A stretch of 16,618 nucleotides of DNA from a virus: UHGV virus genome UHGV-0216076. One strand, written 5' to 3'. The notes below the pieces were generated by a model. That model was given only the letters and a program-made list of their open reading frames with translations, did no database searches and had not been told where the DNA came from. Of the stretch, positions 1 through 8,675 are shown piece by piece. Made by a program: the position numbers and the translations under genes. Position 1 is the stretch's first letter. Every line of letters begins with the position of its first letter.

Positions 1-40
1 CAGAGCCAGATGTGAAGGATGATGAGTAAAATTATCGCTA

Positions 41-508
41 TCATCGAAGGCATTGCGTCCTGATGTATTCCTGAAGCGTTCTCAGTGCTGTTTGGTCGCG
101 GATAATTCCGTCCCGGATATCGAGAACGTTTCGTCCAGCAACTGGAGAGAGTTCGACGGTGGCATCATTGCCCATGCCGGAGGCGCTGGAGGTTTCGGCT
201 GAGGATGGCACAGGGCATTTTCCTTTGACGAGCACCCTGCCACCATTATCAAGCTTGCGCCGAAGAGCATCATTTTCAGCTTTCGCATCAGCTAACTCCT
301 TCGTGTATTTAGCATCGAGTGCATCAGCATCACGCTGGCGCTGTTGCATGTCAGTAATGGTGGCGTTCGCCAGCTTCAGCTCACTGACTTTTTTATCGCG
401 CTGCTCTTTGTAGGTAATGGCGTTATCACGGTAGTGATTAACAGCCCATGACAGGCAAACGATGATGCAGATAACCAGAGCGGAGATAATCGCGGTTACT
501 CTGCTCAT
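41..508 (-). CDS. Rz: Rz i-spanin (inner-membrane spanin); N-terminal half matches lambda Rz, C-terminal half diverged
   Basis: 155-aa ORF; N-terminus [34 protein letters not shown] matches lambda Rz from memory; N-terminal TM segment; 4-nt overlap with R stop. Confidence 0.9.
   Translation of the reverse strand: MSRVTAIISALVICIIVCLSWAVNHYRDNAITYKEQRDKKVSELKLANATITDMQQRQRDADALDAKYTKELADAKAENDALRRKLDNGGRVLVKGKCPVPSSAETSSASGMGNDATVELSPVAGRNVLDIRDGIIRDQTALRTLQEYIRTQCLR
82..288 (-). CDS. Rz1: Rz1 o-spanin, outer-membrane lipoprotein embedded out of frame inside Rz
   Basis: 68-aa ORF wholly inside Rz in another frame; lipobox-like signal [19 protein letters not shown] followed by proline-rich [11 protein letters not shown], as in lambda Rz1. 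Confidence 0.65.
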   Translation of the reverse strand: MRKLKMMLFGASLIMVAGCSSKENALCHPQPKPPAPPAWAMMPPSNSLQLLDETFSISGTELSATKQH

Positions 509-981
509 ACCTCAATCTCTCTGACCGTTCCACCCGCTTCTTTGAATTTTGCAATCAGGCTGTCAGCCTTATGCTCGAACTGACCATAACCAGCGCCCGG
601 CAGTGAAGCCCAGATATTGCTGCAACGGTCGATAGCCTGACGAATATCACCGCGGTCAATCATCGGCAAAGCGCCGCGCTCTTTAATCTGCTGCAGTGCA
701 ACAGCGTCCTGACTTTTGGGGGAGAAGTCTTTCAGGCCAAGCTGCTTGCGGTAGGCGTCCCACCAACGGGAAAGAAGCTGGTAACGTCCGGCGGCTGTTG
801 ATTTGAGTTTTGGGTTTAGCGTGACAAGTTTGCGAGGGTGATCGGAGTAATCAGTGAATAGCTCTCCCCCTACAATGACGTCATAACCATGATTTCTGGT
901 TTTCTGACGTCCGTTATCAGTTCCCTCTGACCACGCCAGCATATCGAGGAACGCCTTACGTTGATTATTGATTTCCACCAT
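505..981 (-). CDS. R: Endolysin R (lytic transglycosylase)
   Basis: 158-aa ORF near-identical to lambda R as recalled ([35 protein letters not shown]...); start overlaps S stop. Confidence 0.95.
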   Translation of the reverse strand: MVEINNQRKAFLDMLAWSEGTDNGRQKTRNHGYDVIVGGELFTDYSDHPRKLVTLNPKLKSTAAGRYQLLSRWWDAYRKQLGLKDFSPKSQDAVALQQIKERGALPMIDRGDIRQAIDRCSNIWASLPGAGYGQFEHKADSLIAKFKEAGGTVREIEV

Positions 982-1288
982 CTTCTACTCCGGCTTTTTT
1001 AGCAGCGAAGCGTTTGATAAGCGAACCAATCGAGTCAGTACCGATGTAGCCGATGAACACGCTCGTTATATAAGCGAGATTGCTACTTAGTCCGGCGAAG
1101 TCGAGAAGGTCACGAATGAACCAGGCGATAATGGCGCACATCGTTGCGTCGATTACTGTTTTTGTAAACGCACCGCCATTATATCTGCCGCGAAGGTACG
1201 CCATTGCAAACGCAAGGATTGCCCCGATGCCTTGTTCCTTTGCCGCGAGAATGGCGGCTAACAGGTCATGTTTTTCTGGCATCTTCAT
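965..1288 (-). CDS. S: Holin S (S107/S105 dual-start class I holin)
   Basis: 107-aa ORF matching lambda S ([35 protein letters not shown]...); dual-start Met-Lys-Met N-terminus. Confidence 0.95.
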   Translation of the reverse strand: MKMPEKHDLLAAILAAKEQGIGAILAFAMAYLRGRYNGGAFTKTVIDATMCAIIAWFIRDLLDFAGLSSNLAYITSVFIGYIGTDSIGSLIKRFAAKKAGVEDGGNQ

Positions 1289-1580
1289 GTCTTACCCCCA
1301 ATAAGGGGATTTGCTCTATTTAATTAGGAATAAGGTCGATTACTGATAGAACAAATCCAGGCTACTTTGTTTAGTAATCAGATTTGTTCGTGACCGATAT
1401 GCACGGGCAAAACGGCAGGAGGTTGTTAGCGCAACTTCTTGCCACCCGCTTTCACGAAGCCAGCCATTGAGCTGGTTTTCTTTTATGCAAAGCACACCGC
1501 ACCGTAGCCACAGCGGATAAGGTGATTATTTTTGTCTGTCTGGTATTTGGTTTGATGTGCTTTCAGAAAGGCCGTGCTTA

Positions 1581-1615
1581 AAACGCAAAAAGCCCCGAGC
1601 TATTAACTCAGGGCT
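1581..1615 (-). terminator. tR'-like intrinsic terminator ending a short PR' leader (6S-type) RNA
   Basis: Hairpin AGCCCCGAG/CTCAGGGCT (8 of 9 pairs) with 7-nt loop; on the minus strand it is followed by UUUUU; lies about 60 nt downstream of the PR' -10. Confidence 0.55.
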
Positions 1616-1644
1616 TTATTTAACGAGTGCATTTATCCATCGTT

Positions 1645-1680
1645 GAGTCAAATTTACCCAACTTTATTCAAAAAGTCAAT
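1645..1680 (-). promoter_or_regulatory. Late promoter PR' with overlapping qut (Q-utilisation) site
   Basis: Minus strand reads TTGACT-N17-TAAATT (-35 at 1674-1679, -10 at 1651-1656), the lambda PR' arrangement as recalled; sits just downstream of Q and upstream of S. Confidence 0.65.
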
Positions 1681-1721
1681 ATTATGCCGTTAATATGTTG
1701 CCATCCGTGGCAATCATGCTG

Positions 1722-2345
1722 TTAACGTGTGACCGTATTCAAAATGCTGTCTGCGATTGACTCTTCCTTGTGGCATTGCATCACCAGAGCGTCATACAGC
1801 GGCTTAACAGTGCGTGACCAGGTGGGTTGGGTAAGGTTGGGGATTAGCATCGTTACAGCGCGATATGCGGCGCTTGCTGGCATCCTTGAATAGCCGACGC
1901 CTTTGCATCTTCCACACTCTTTCTCAACAACTCTCCCCCACTGCTCTGTTTTGGCAATATCAACCGCACGGCCTGTACCGTGGCAATCTCTGCATCTTGC
2001 GCCAGGCGTCGCGGCACTACGGCAATAATCCGCATAAGCGAATGTTGCGAGAACTTGCAGTACCTTTGCCTTAGTATTTCCTTCAAGCTTTGCCACACCA
2101 CGGTATTTCCCCGATACCTTGTGTGCAAATTGCATCAGATAGTTGACAGCCTTTTGTTTGTCGTTCTGGCTGAGTTCGTGCTTACCGCAGAATGCAGCCA
2201 TACCGAATCCGGCTTGTGATTGCGCCATCCCCATAGCAGCCATCACATCAGTACCGGAAAGAGAGTCAGAAGCCGTAGTCCGTGGTGAGTCGCTCATCAT
2301 CGGGCTTTTTGGCGAATGAAATTTAGCTACGCTTTCGAGTCTCAT
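1722..2345 (-). CDS. Q: Late-gene antiterminator Q
   Basis: 207-aa ORF matching lambda Q ([22 protein letters not shown]...); ATGA start/stop overlap with ninI. Confidence 0.95.
   Translation of the reverse strand: MRLESVAKFHSPKSPMMSDSPRTTASDSLSGTDVMAAMGMAQSQAGFGMAAFCGKHELSQNDKQKAVNYLMQFAHKVSGKYRGVAKLEGNTKAKVLQVLATFAYADYCRSAATPGARCRDCHGTGRAVDIAKTEQWGRVVEKECGRCKGVGYSRMPASAAYRAVTMLIPNLTQPTWSRTVKPLYDALVMQCHKEESIADSILNTVTR
2045..2077 (+). promoter_or_regulatory. Possible CII-dependent anti-Q promoter (paQ) inside Q
   Basis: TTGC-N6-TTGC tetrad repeat at 2045-2058 antisense to Q, followed by TAGTAT at 2072-2077; same arrangement as PRE. Confidence 0.4.
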
Positions 2346-3007
2346 GCGCCTTCTCCCTGTACCTGAATCAATGTGAGGTTTCCGCAGAACACTGCGCCGG
2401 TATCGATATACATCTGGTTGGCAAACTTGAGTGGTTTCACTGCTGGCGTATGACCAAAGATGAACGTGTCCGCGCCTTTGATTTCTTTCACGATCCCGTC
2501 TTGTGAGTTGCTGATTCGTTCGCGGTTCCAGATTACCTGCTGATGATCAACTGGCTTTCCAAACTCGTATTCGTCACAAGGATAATCGGCGTGGCAGATG
2601 ACATATTTTTTATCTTTGCTCACCAGTTCGATGATTAACGGAAGTTCATCTGCTTTATGGGAAAGAGCTTTAGCCAGAATTTCTTTGTCGTAATCGAGAT
2701 TAAAGAACCAGCCACCGCCATTAAACAGCCAGTGATTGACGTTTCCACGCTCTGATAAGCCATCAATCATCATTTGCTCATGGTTTCCACGTACAGCTCG
2801 GAACCAGGGAAATGTGATTAATTCCAGACATTCGACGTTCTCTGTACCGCGATCGACCAAATCGCCAACCGAGATAAGCAGGTCTTTTTTGGTGTCGAAT
2901 CCTATCGTCTCCAGTTTTTTCATCAGGTTCGTGTAGCATCCGTGCAGATCGCCAACTACCCAAATATTTCGGTATTTGCTGCCATCAATTTTTTCGTAAT
3001 AGCGCAT
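2342..3007 (-). CDS. ninI: NinI Ser/Thr protein phosphatase (lambda orf221)
   Basis: Matches lambda NinI from [25 protein letters not shown]; metallophosphatase motifs GDLHG, GDLVDRG, GNHE; start set at the internal Met with GGAG SD (the open frame extends to 3082). Confidence 0.85.
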   Translation of the reverse strand: MRYYEKIDGSKYRNIWVVGDLHGCYTNLMKKLETIGFDTKKDLLISVGDLVDRGTENVECLELITFPWFRAVRGNHEQMMIDGLSERGNVNHWLFNGGGWFFNLDYDKEILAKALSHKADELPLIIELVSKDKKYVICHADYPCDEYEFGKPVDHQQVIWNRERISNSQDGIVKEIKGADTFIFGHTPAVKPLKFANQMYIDTGAVFCGNLTLIQVQGEGA

Positions 3008-3191
3008 CTCTTTCACTCCATCCGCGATGAACCATGAGAACGTCGTTGACGATGGCGTGCATTTTCCCGTCTTTATCATCAACGTATTTTCTGACCGTAC
3101 CGCGACTACATTTCAGTCTGCGTGCTACTTCTGTCTGGTTTCCGTATGCTTCAACGAGCATGTCTGGAATGGTTTTTACTGAGAACGTCAT
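2985..3191 (-). CDS. ninH: NinH
   Basis: 68-aa ORF matching lambda NinH as recalled ([37 protein letters not shown]...); ATGA overlap with ninG stop. Confidence 0.85.
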   Translation of the reverse strand: MTFSVKTIPDMLVEAYGNQTEVARRLKCSRGTVRKYVDDKDGKMHAIVNDVLMVHRGWSERDALLRKN

Positions 3192-3799
3192 GCGGCCTCA
3201 CTTCTGCTATTTCGCAGGTCTTTGAGTTTCTGTTGGTACTCTGCCTTGATCGCCTTGCACTCTTCGACAGTCCAGCGATGGCGGTTATGGTTTGATTCGA
3301 TTTCGTCTACTGCTTCCTGCCCGATCCGGTTAATCAGTTCGACGCGATACGGAACGAGATTTCCGCTTTTATGCTGGTTGCACACCACGCATTGCTTGTG
3401 AATATTGCGTTCATCAAATCGGAGTTGAGGTGCCGCAGCAGTTGTCCGGTAATGTCCGGCATCCCACTGAGCAGACGTGAGCGTTCCGCACGAGATACAT
3501 GGTAAGTCGCGGTCTCTTTCTCTGATGAAGGCGTTTACTGCTTGTTGGGCTTGTTTAATCCAGTAACTGCGGGGCTTTAAGGCGAGTTTTCGAATCTTAA
3601 GTTTATCTTTCTGTTTCTGCTCCTCTCGTCGTCGTTTCTTCTCTGCTGCTTTTTCCGCTTTTTCGCGTTCTTTGCTTCGTCGTTCGAGTGCTATCTTTGT
3701 TCCACACTCTGGAGAGCACCACCACTGATTAGCGAATGCAGGGTGAAACCATTCCCGACATTCTTCGTTTTTACATCGTCTTCGCGCTGGTTTAGCCAT
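3188..3799 (-). CDS. ninG: NinG (Rap) recombination-associated endonuclease
   Basis: 203-aa ORF matching lambda NinG ([10 protein letters not shown]...[16 protein letters not shown]...); Cys-rich N-terminus and basic linker. Confidence 0.9.
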   Translation of the reverse strand: MAKPARRRCKNEECREWFHPAFANQWWCSPECGTKIALERRSKEREKAEKAAEKKRRREEQKQKDKLKIRKLALKPRSYWIKQAQQAVNAFIRERDRDLPCISCGTLTSAQWDAGHYRTTAAAPQLRFDERNIHKQCVVCNQHKSGNLVPYRVELINRIGQEAVDEIESNHNRHRWTVEECKAIKAEYQQKLKDLRNSRSEAA

Positions 3800-3974
3800 C
3801 GTCTTCTTCCTCGTACATTGAGCTATTCGGATCGCTCATCAGTTCTGCGCAGCAGTGCTCACACACGTGAACTTCCAGCACATGCAGCTTCTGACCGCAG
3901 TTAGCGCACGTTAAAGCCCGCTCGACGCTTTCTTTCTGGTATTGAAGGGATTGGGATGGGCTAAGCATTAACAA
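3792..3974 (-). CDS. ninF: NinF
   Basis: 60-aa ORF matching lambda NinF ([27 protein letters not shown]...); true start may be the second Met at 3968. Confidence 0.8.
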   Translation of the reverse strand: MLMLSPSQSLQYQKESVERALTCANCGQKLHVLEVHVCEHCCAELMSDPNSSMYEEEDDG

Positions 3975-4911
3975 CCTCCATACAAACTTTCACGAATGCC
4001 GTTGCTACTTCTGCATTGATTGCGTTTCCATATCCAATAATTCGCTGATCTTGATTGCGCTTTGCCATTCCTCCCAGTGTGGACTTGCCTCGTCCCAAGC
4101 TTTTGGCAATGCCATTAACCATCGGGAATGAGCCGGGTCTAACTGGACGATATTTTTCATCTCTACAGTAAAGCCAGTCTGCATCTCTCCAGAAGCCGTT
4201 AACCGGTAATGAGTACATAGCTTCACCGTCCCTGGAAGTTTCAAGCAGATTCTTGGGGTTCCGCTCTTGTCTTTTCCGCTGTAGCAATGCGTTGAACCTG
4301 TTGCATCGTTCGCTAAAGGAGTTTGCCATCCCGCTAGTCTCACGCATCCAGATAGGTTCTGAATTCCCCTGCGCGTTTCTGGCTGAAAGTTGATATTTGT
4401 CGTTGGAGTAGGCCACCCAATACAATCGCTGCCTGATGTGCGGAGAACCGAAGCCCGCAGCGCAAATATCGGTACCTGCAGAGGTGTAGTTCGCACCTTC
4501 CAAGTCAGTTTGTACAAGGTCGAGCCAAGCGAGGCCGTCTGCGCTTGCAACCTGTTCGCCAATAACGATGCCAGGATTGCATTTTTCAATAAGCCAGAAG
4601 AATGCCGGCCATAAGTGCCGCTCGTCATCAACCCCTTTTCCTTTGCCTGCCGAGCTGAAAGGTTGGCATGGGCAACTTCCTGTCCAGATACTCTTGTTGT
4701 CTGGCCATCCTGCTTTTCTAAGTGCATAGCTCCAAACTCCGATTCCTGCAAAAAAGTGGTGCTGGGTAAATCCTCGCAAATCACCTGGTGTGACATCTTC
4801 AATACTCCTTTCATCTACATAACCGGGGGCAATTTCTCCAGCGTCAATTAAGTTACGCAGCCATTGCGCTGCATACGGATCTATTTCGTTGTAATACGCA
4901 GTCATCGTCAT
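3961..4911 (-). CDS. Orphan DNA (cytosine-5) methyltransferase, Dcm-like
   Basis: Canonical C5-MTase motif order: I FFAGIGV, IV SCPCQPF, VI GEQV (ENV-like), [26 protein letters not shown]; start set at the Met whose ATG overlaps the ninE stop (ATGA) with GAGGA SD; no restriction endonuclease partner nearby. Confidence 0.8.
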   Translation of the reverse strand: MTMTAYYNEIDPYAAQWLRNLIDAGEIAPGYVDERSIEDVTPGDLRGFTQHHFFAGIGVWSYALRKAGWPDNKSIWTGSCPCQPFSSAGKGKGVDDERHLWPAFFWLIEKCNPGIVIGEQVASADGLAWLDLVQTDLEGANYTSAGTDICAAGFGSPHIRQRLYWVAYSNDKYQLSARNAQGNSEPIWMRETSGMANSFSERCNRFNALLQRKRQERNPKNLLETSRDGEAMYSLPVNGFWRDADWLYCRDEKYRPVRPGSFPMVNGIAKSLGRGKSTLGGMAKRNQDQRIIGYGNAINAEVATAFVKVCMEVVNA

Positions 4912-5084
4912 TTCCTCGCACGATGTCTTAGCCACCGGATATCCCACAGGTGAGCCGTGTAGTTGAAGGTTTTTACGTCAGATTCTTTTGGGATTGGCTT
5001 GCGTTTATTTCTGGAGCGTTTCGTTGGAAGGTATTTGCAGTTTTCGCAGATTATGTCGGTGAAACTTCGTCGCTGTCGTCTCAT
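4908..5084 (-). CDS. ninE: NinE-like small basic protein
   Basis: 58-aa reading [48 protein letters not shown] resembles lambda NinE as recalled; ATGA overlap with ninB stop. Confidence 0.65.
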   Translation of the reverse strand: MRRQRRSFTDIICENCKYLPTKRSRNKRKPIPKESDVKTFNYTAHLWDIRWLRHRARK

Positions 5085-5521
5085 GCCGCCCTGTCTCCCC
5101 ATCGCGCTTTCCATTCGAGAGCCAGTCGCGCTTCGTCTGACCACTTAACGCCACGCTCTGTACCGAATGCCTGTATAAGCTCTAATAGCTCCGCAAATTC
5201 GCTTACACGCATCCTGCTGGTTGACTGGCCTATTACCACAAAGCCATTCCCGGCAAGGTTAGGAACAACGTCCTGCTGCTTTAATGCTGCTGTAAACACA
5301 CACTTCCAGCTTTCTGCATCCAGCCAGCGCCCATGCCATTCAACCTGACGAGAGACGTCACCAAGGCAAGCCCAAAGCTTTCGATTCTGGTCTAAGCTGC
5401 GGTTGCGTTCCTGAATGGTTACTACGATTGGTTTGGTTGGGTCTGGAAGGATTTGCTGTACTGCGTGAATAGCGTTTTGCTGATGTGCCGGAGATCGAAT
5501 TTCAAAGGTTAGTTTTTTCAT
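5081..5521 (-). CDS. ninB: NinB (Orf) recombination mediator
   Basis: Matches lambda NinB from [34 protein letters not shown]; start at the internal Met with GGAG SD. Confidence 0.9.
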   Translation of the reverse strand: MKKLTFEIRSPAHQQNAIHAVQQILPDPTKPIVVTIQERNRSLDQNRKLWACLGDVSRQVEWHGRWLDAESWKCVFTAALKQQDVVPNLAGNGFVVIGQSTSRMRVSEFAELLELIQAFGTERGVKWSDEARLALEWKARWGDRAA

Positions 5522-5536
5522 GACTTCCCTCTCCCC

Positions 5537-5569
5537 CAAATAAAAAGGCCTGCGATTACCAGCAGGCCT
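5537..5569 (-). terminator. tR2-like intrinsic terminator upstream of ninB
   Basis: Minus strand: hairpin AGGCCTGC/GCAGGCCT (8-bp stem) followed by TTTTTATTT; sits between the replication gene and ninB, where lambda tR2 lies. Confidence 0.6.
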
Positions 5570-5598
5570 GTTATTAGCTCAGTGATGTAGATGGTCAT

Positions 5599-7479
5599 TT
5601 AATACTCTGTCACGTTTTCCTGTCGCCACGCCTCGTCATATTCCGATTTCGGCATATTGGCGATGTAGCTATATGGCGATCCTGATTCAAGTTGCAGGAA
5701 CTGGTGCGATTGCTCGTCAAGGAACAACGGGACACCACCTTCCCAACCTTCACCGTTACGTTGTTTTTCAAGCATCAAAACAGATGCCGGAGATGCCAGT
5801 AGCTGTTCGTCCTTCTCTGACATCTTTTCACCACTCTGAACTCTCTGTAACGCTCTCTCGCGAGCCTTGTTACGCCAGATGATGAAAAGGTTGTCTGTCA
5901 GGTCTGTTATCGCTCCAGAGCCTTTTACGTCCATTTTCCCGGTTGGTTTTTCTTCGCTGTCTCCTTTTCGCGAGTGAGTAACGAGAATGACGTGGGAGTT
6001 TGTTTTGTTTTTGAAGTCGCAAATCGAGTCAACAAACGCCTTCTGCCCGTTATAGTCATCGTCGCCTATGCCACATTTCATCAGGCTGTCGATGATGAAT
6101 AACTGGATGCCGTATCGGCGGCGAGCGTAGTCGAATATTTCGATCAGCCTGTCGGCTTTCGCCGTTCCGGTCAGGCCAAACACCCAAAGTCTTTCGTCAT
6201 AAAATTTAAATGCAGAGTCAATTTCCAGCACTGGCGGCATCTTGCAGCACGTTGCCTGACGGGTAAGTCGCTTAAGGAGAATGCCTGGCTTCAGCTCAAG
6301 TGACGCGATGCACGTCTTCACACCCTGACGCATTGCCTCAAGTGCCATATGCCCGACAACCTCCGTTTTTCCGTGACCGTTCACACCATTGACCAGCGTC
6401 AACTCGGCCTCACGGAACTGGAATTTATCTGCGAGAGATTCCCACGGTGGATTAAACAGATACTGCTGCTTGCCGTAGAAAGCGTTGATAGTGTCCTGGT
6501 AAAACTCTCGCGCGCTGTAGAGTTCTTCAGGATCGAAGTAGGATGCCGTGCCGATGTACTGCCAGATTTCATCCTCGGTAACACCGTTCATCAGGCATTC
6601 GTTGATGTCTTTGTACGGCAGAGTAACAAGACGGCAACGATGTTCACCGAGTCGGCTTGCGATTTCCCTTGCGGCTTCACGACCAACATCATCAACGTCC
6701 ATCGAGATGAATATTTCCTCAAACCTGTCGAGGTTGTGATACTCAAACTCAATCCACTGTTGCTTAGCGCCTTTCCCGCCACCAAACGGCACGGATAACG
6801 CCGAGATGCCGTATTGCGCATAGCTCATACAATCAATTTCGCCTTCGCAAAGTACAACCGCCCTCACGCCAGCGTCCAGAGCCTGCCATCCGAACAGACA
6901 AGGTTCGCAATCACCTTCTGCCATAATGACTTTCTTCCCGTCCGGGCGCTCAGTGCTGATTCGCTTGACCTGCAACAACTCACCATCGCGTTTGTACGGA
7001 AGCACCAGTGCATCAAGTTCTCGTTCTCCATTCCACACCTTGCCGCTGACAACCTCGTAGCGCTTTACGATTTCTGGCGATATGCCACGCGATTGCAGGT
7101 ACTCAAGATGGGATTCTGTTCTGGTAACGTAGCGGGCGATTTTCTTGCGATCAGGTCTGGAGAATTTCTTCTCACGTTTGGCATCGAAATGGTGATCGTC
7201 ATCCTTGATACCGAGAAATGCTTTCGCTTCCTGCATAGCCTGATGCAGGTTAATTCCACGACATGCCATCCACAAATCAAGCATGTCACCGCCGTCTCCC
7301 TCAGCGAAATCAGCCCATTTTTTCTTGCCGCTAAGGTTGACCTTAAGGCTGTTTCCCTTGTCACCGTTGACGTTACCGGCAACCCACTCATGCCCCTCTT
7401 TCTTGCCGTTTGGCAACAGGTGCGGAGCCACCCTGTCAACCTGCGCCCAAAGCAGGTCGCTAAGTTCACTTGGCCTCAT
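5599..7479 (-). CDS. Replication protein: TOPRIM primase fused to an SF4/DnaB-like helicase
   Basis: 626-aa ORF; TOPRIM-like acidic motifs (VLCEGEIDCMSY, ISMDVDDVG); Walker A GVNGHGKT and Walker B LFIIDSL in the C-terminal half; GAGGG SD; occupies the lambda P position. Confidence 0.75.
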   Translation of the reverse strand: MRPSELSDLLWAQVDRVAPHLLPNGKKEGHEWVAGNVNGDKGNSLKVNLSGKKKWADFAEGDGGDMLDLWMACRGINLHQAMQEAKAFLGIKDDDHHFDAKREKKFSRPDRKKIARYVTRTESHLEYLQSRGISPEIVKRYEVVSGKVWNGERELDALVLPYKRDGELLQVKRISTERPDGKKVIMAEGDCEPCLFGWQALDAGVRAVVLCEGEIDCMSYAQYGISALSVPFGGGKGAKQQWIEFEYHNLDRFEEIFISMDVDDVGREAAREIASRLGEHRCRLVTLPYKDINECLMNGVTEDEIWQYIGTASYFDPEELYSAREFYQDTINAFYGKQQYLFNPPWESLADKFQFREAELTLVNGVNGHGKTEVVGHMALEAMRQGVKTCIASLELKPGILLKRLTRQATCCKMPPVLEIDSAFKFYDERLWVFGLTGTAKADRLIEIFDYARRRYGIQLFIIDSLMKCGIGDDDYNGQKAFVDSICDFKNKTNSHVILVTHSRKGDSEEKPTGKMDVKGSGAITDLTDNLFIIWRNKARERALQRVQSGEKMSEKDEQLLASPASVLMLEKQRNGEGWEGGVPLFLDEQSHQFLQLESGSPYSYIANMPKSEYDEAWRQENVTEY

Positions 7480-7586
7480 GATTCCCTCAGATTGAGATTT
7501 TTAAACCAGAAATCGACAAACGAAATACTTAACCAGCCGTGGTTATAACCAGCGACCAGTAACGATTTGATTTTTGATTTCATGGT

Positions 7587-8447
7587 TCACCTGTCGAAAA
7601 ACACGTAGCCAGTTTTCGATACGGTGATTGCGGATGATGGTTTGGATTGTGGTTGAATGGTTTCTGGCTTTTCGTCGTTCCAGCGCTGACCGTTCAGGTA
7701 GCTCGATGGTAACAACCTGTCGAATCCGAACTGCTTACCATTCCTGCATGCGATGTCTTCTGCCAGCATCGTGGCAAACTCGCTTGCCGTACCCCTGGTA
7801 GTTTTACGCCATTCCCTGAACTGTGTTCTGAATGCCGAAGCTGCGTTTTTCTTCCCGGCCTTCCGCATGCCTGCACACCAGAATATTTCCTCGAATGCCT
7901 TGTCGGTTTCTTCGTGACGGTCAGATGATTTTTCACACTCCGTCCGAACACTTTCGGACATAGTGTTTTTATTATTTCTTTTTTCTTTTGTAATAGTTTC
8001 TTTTGTGTGTCCCTGTTTTGGTGACAGCGCTGTCACCGTTTTGGTGACACTTTTTGTCACCAATGCAGTGACATTATCACCAGAGTAGTGACACCCTTCG
8101 ATTTGCCATTCCTCGATGTTCTTGTTAGGCCCGATTTGCTGGCCTTCGCGAAGGATAACCTTCATCGCGATAAGCTCATTCTTGGCCTTGTTTACCTTCT
8201 GTCTTGGCAGCCTGGTAATTTGAGCTAACTGACTATCAGAGATGCGATCCATCTTTTTACCGTAGCCGTATGTTTTACGGCATATGGCGTGGGCAACCTT
8301 GCTCTGATTTTTCGTTAAATCTGCGCCGATAAGCTCTTCATACAGGGCATTTGCAAGACGGGTATAACCATCTTCAACTTCTGCCACACGACGCTCCACA
8401 GGCCGTTGTGAAGGCCTTAAATGTGTTACGGTTGCAAGATTACTCAT
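7587..8447 (-). CDS. Replication initiator with lambda O-like N-terminal origin-binding domain
   Basis: 286-aa ORF; N-terminus ([56 protein letters not shown]...GPNKNIEEW) parallels the lambda O N-terminal domain as recalled; C-terminal half unlike lambda O; iterons lie inside the gene. Confidence 0.8.
   Translation of the reverse strand: MSNLATVTHLRPSQRPVERRVAEVEDGYTRLANALYEELIGADLTKNQSKVAHAICRKTYGYGKKMDRISDSQLAQITRLPRQKVNKAKNELIAMKVILREGQQIGPNKNIEEWQIEGCHYSGDNVTALVTKSVTKTVTALSPKQGHTKETITKEKRNNKNTMSESVRTECEKSSDRHEETDKAFEEIFWCAGMRKAGKKNAASAFRTQFREWRKTTRGTASEFATMLAEDIACRNGKQFGFDRLLPSSYLNGQRWNDEKPETIQPQSKPSSAITVSKTGYVFFDR
7962..8100. repeat. Putative origin of replication inside the initiator gene: iteron-like GGTGACA/TGTCACC repeats next to an AT-rich tract
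   Basis: At least seven copies of GTGACA/TGTCAC-type half-sites between 8020 and 8094 (e.g. GGTGACAGCGCTGTCACC), flanked at 7962-8010 by a T-rich segment; same layout as lambda ori (iterons then AT-rich region within O). Confidence 0.6.
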
Positions 8448-8586
8448 GACCTTTCTCCTTCTGCATCAGCTTCACTTTTTCCAACTCAGCCCGGAATCGA
8501 CCAGGCTGCTTGAAGCTGGACAGGAAGCGATCACGTAGTATGTGTTTGTGAATTTTGTCCTGGTAAGGACTGAGTTGTTTTGTCAT
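8440..8586 (-). CDS. Small 48-aa ORF between cII and the initiator gene, hypothetical
   Basis: [48 protein letters not shown]; preceded by the AGGAG SD that serves O in lambda; its stop overlaps the initiator start; too short for the supplied ORF track. Confidence 0.3.
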   Translation of the reverse strand: MTKQLSPYQDKIHKHILRDRFLSSFKQPGRFRAELEKVKLMQKEKGHE

Positions 8587-8596
8587 AATTACTCCT

Positions 8597-8675
8597 GTTG
8601 ATAGATCCAGTAATGACCTCAGAACTCCATCTGGATTTGATCAGAACGCTCGGTTGCCGCCGGGCGTTTTTTATT
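8597..8675 (+). ncRNA. oop: OOP antisense RNA homologue (antisense to the cII 3' end)
   Basis: Sequence GTTGATAGATCCAGTAATGACCTCAGAACTCCATCTGGATTTGATCAGAACGCTCGGTTGCCGCCGGGCGTTTTTTATT matches lambda oop as recalled, including the terminator; -10 CATAAT at 8584-8589; the -35 position lies in replaced DNA. Confidence 0.5.

Noticed and set aside
19-63. Tiny plus-strand ORF ([14 protein letters not shown]) at the window edge, in the position where lambda has bor
   Set aside because: Only 14 codons, and it does not resemble the Bor lipoprotein; any convergent gene here is cut off by the window start.
159-413. 84-aa plus-strand ORF antisense to Rz/Rz1
   Set aside because: Antisense to two overlapping, well-supported spanin genes; serine/alanine-rich low-complexity product.
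1853-2219. Three 69-91-aa ORFs overlapping Q on both strands
   Set aside because: Q is full-length and lambda-identical; these are shadow ORFs. The only likely functional antisense feature here is the paQ promoter.
2778-2963. 61-aa minus-strand alternative-frame ORF and 66-aa plus-strand ORF within ninI
   Set aside because: Nested in the well-supported phosphatase gene; no signals.
6814-7548. 244-aa plus-strand ORF antisense to the primase-helicase gene
   Set aside because: Lies entirely within the well-supported 626-aa minus-strand gene; no SD or recognisable motifs, low-complexity translation; typical antisense shadow ORF.
7694-7951. 85-aa minus-strand ORF in an alternative frame inside the initiator gene
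   Set aside because: Nested in a gene with strong homology support; overlaps the iteron region; no independent start signals.
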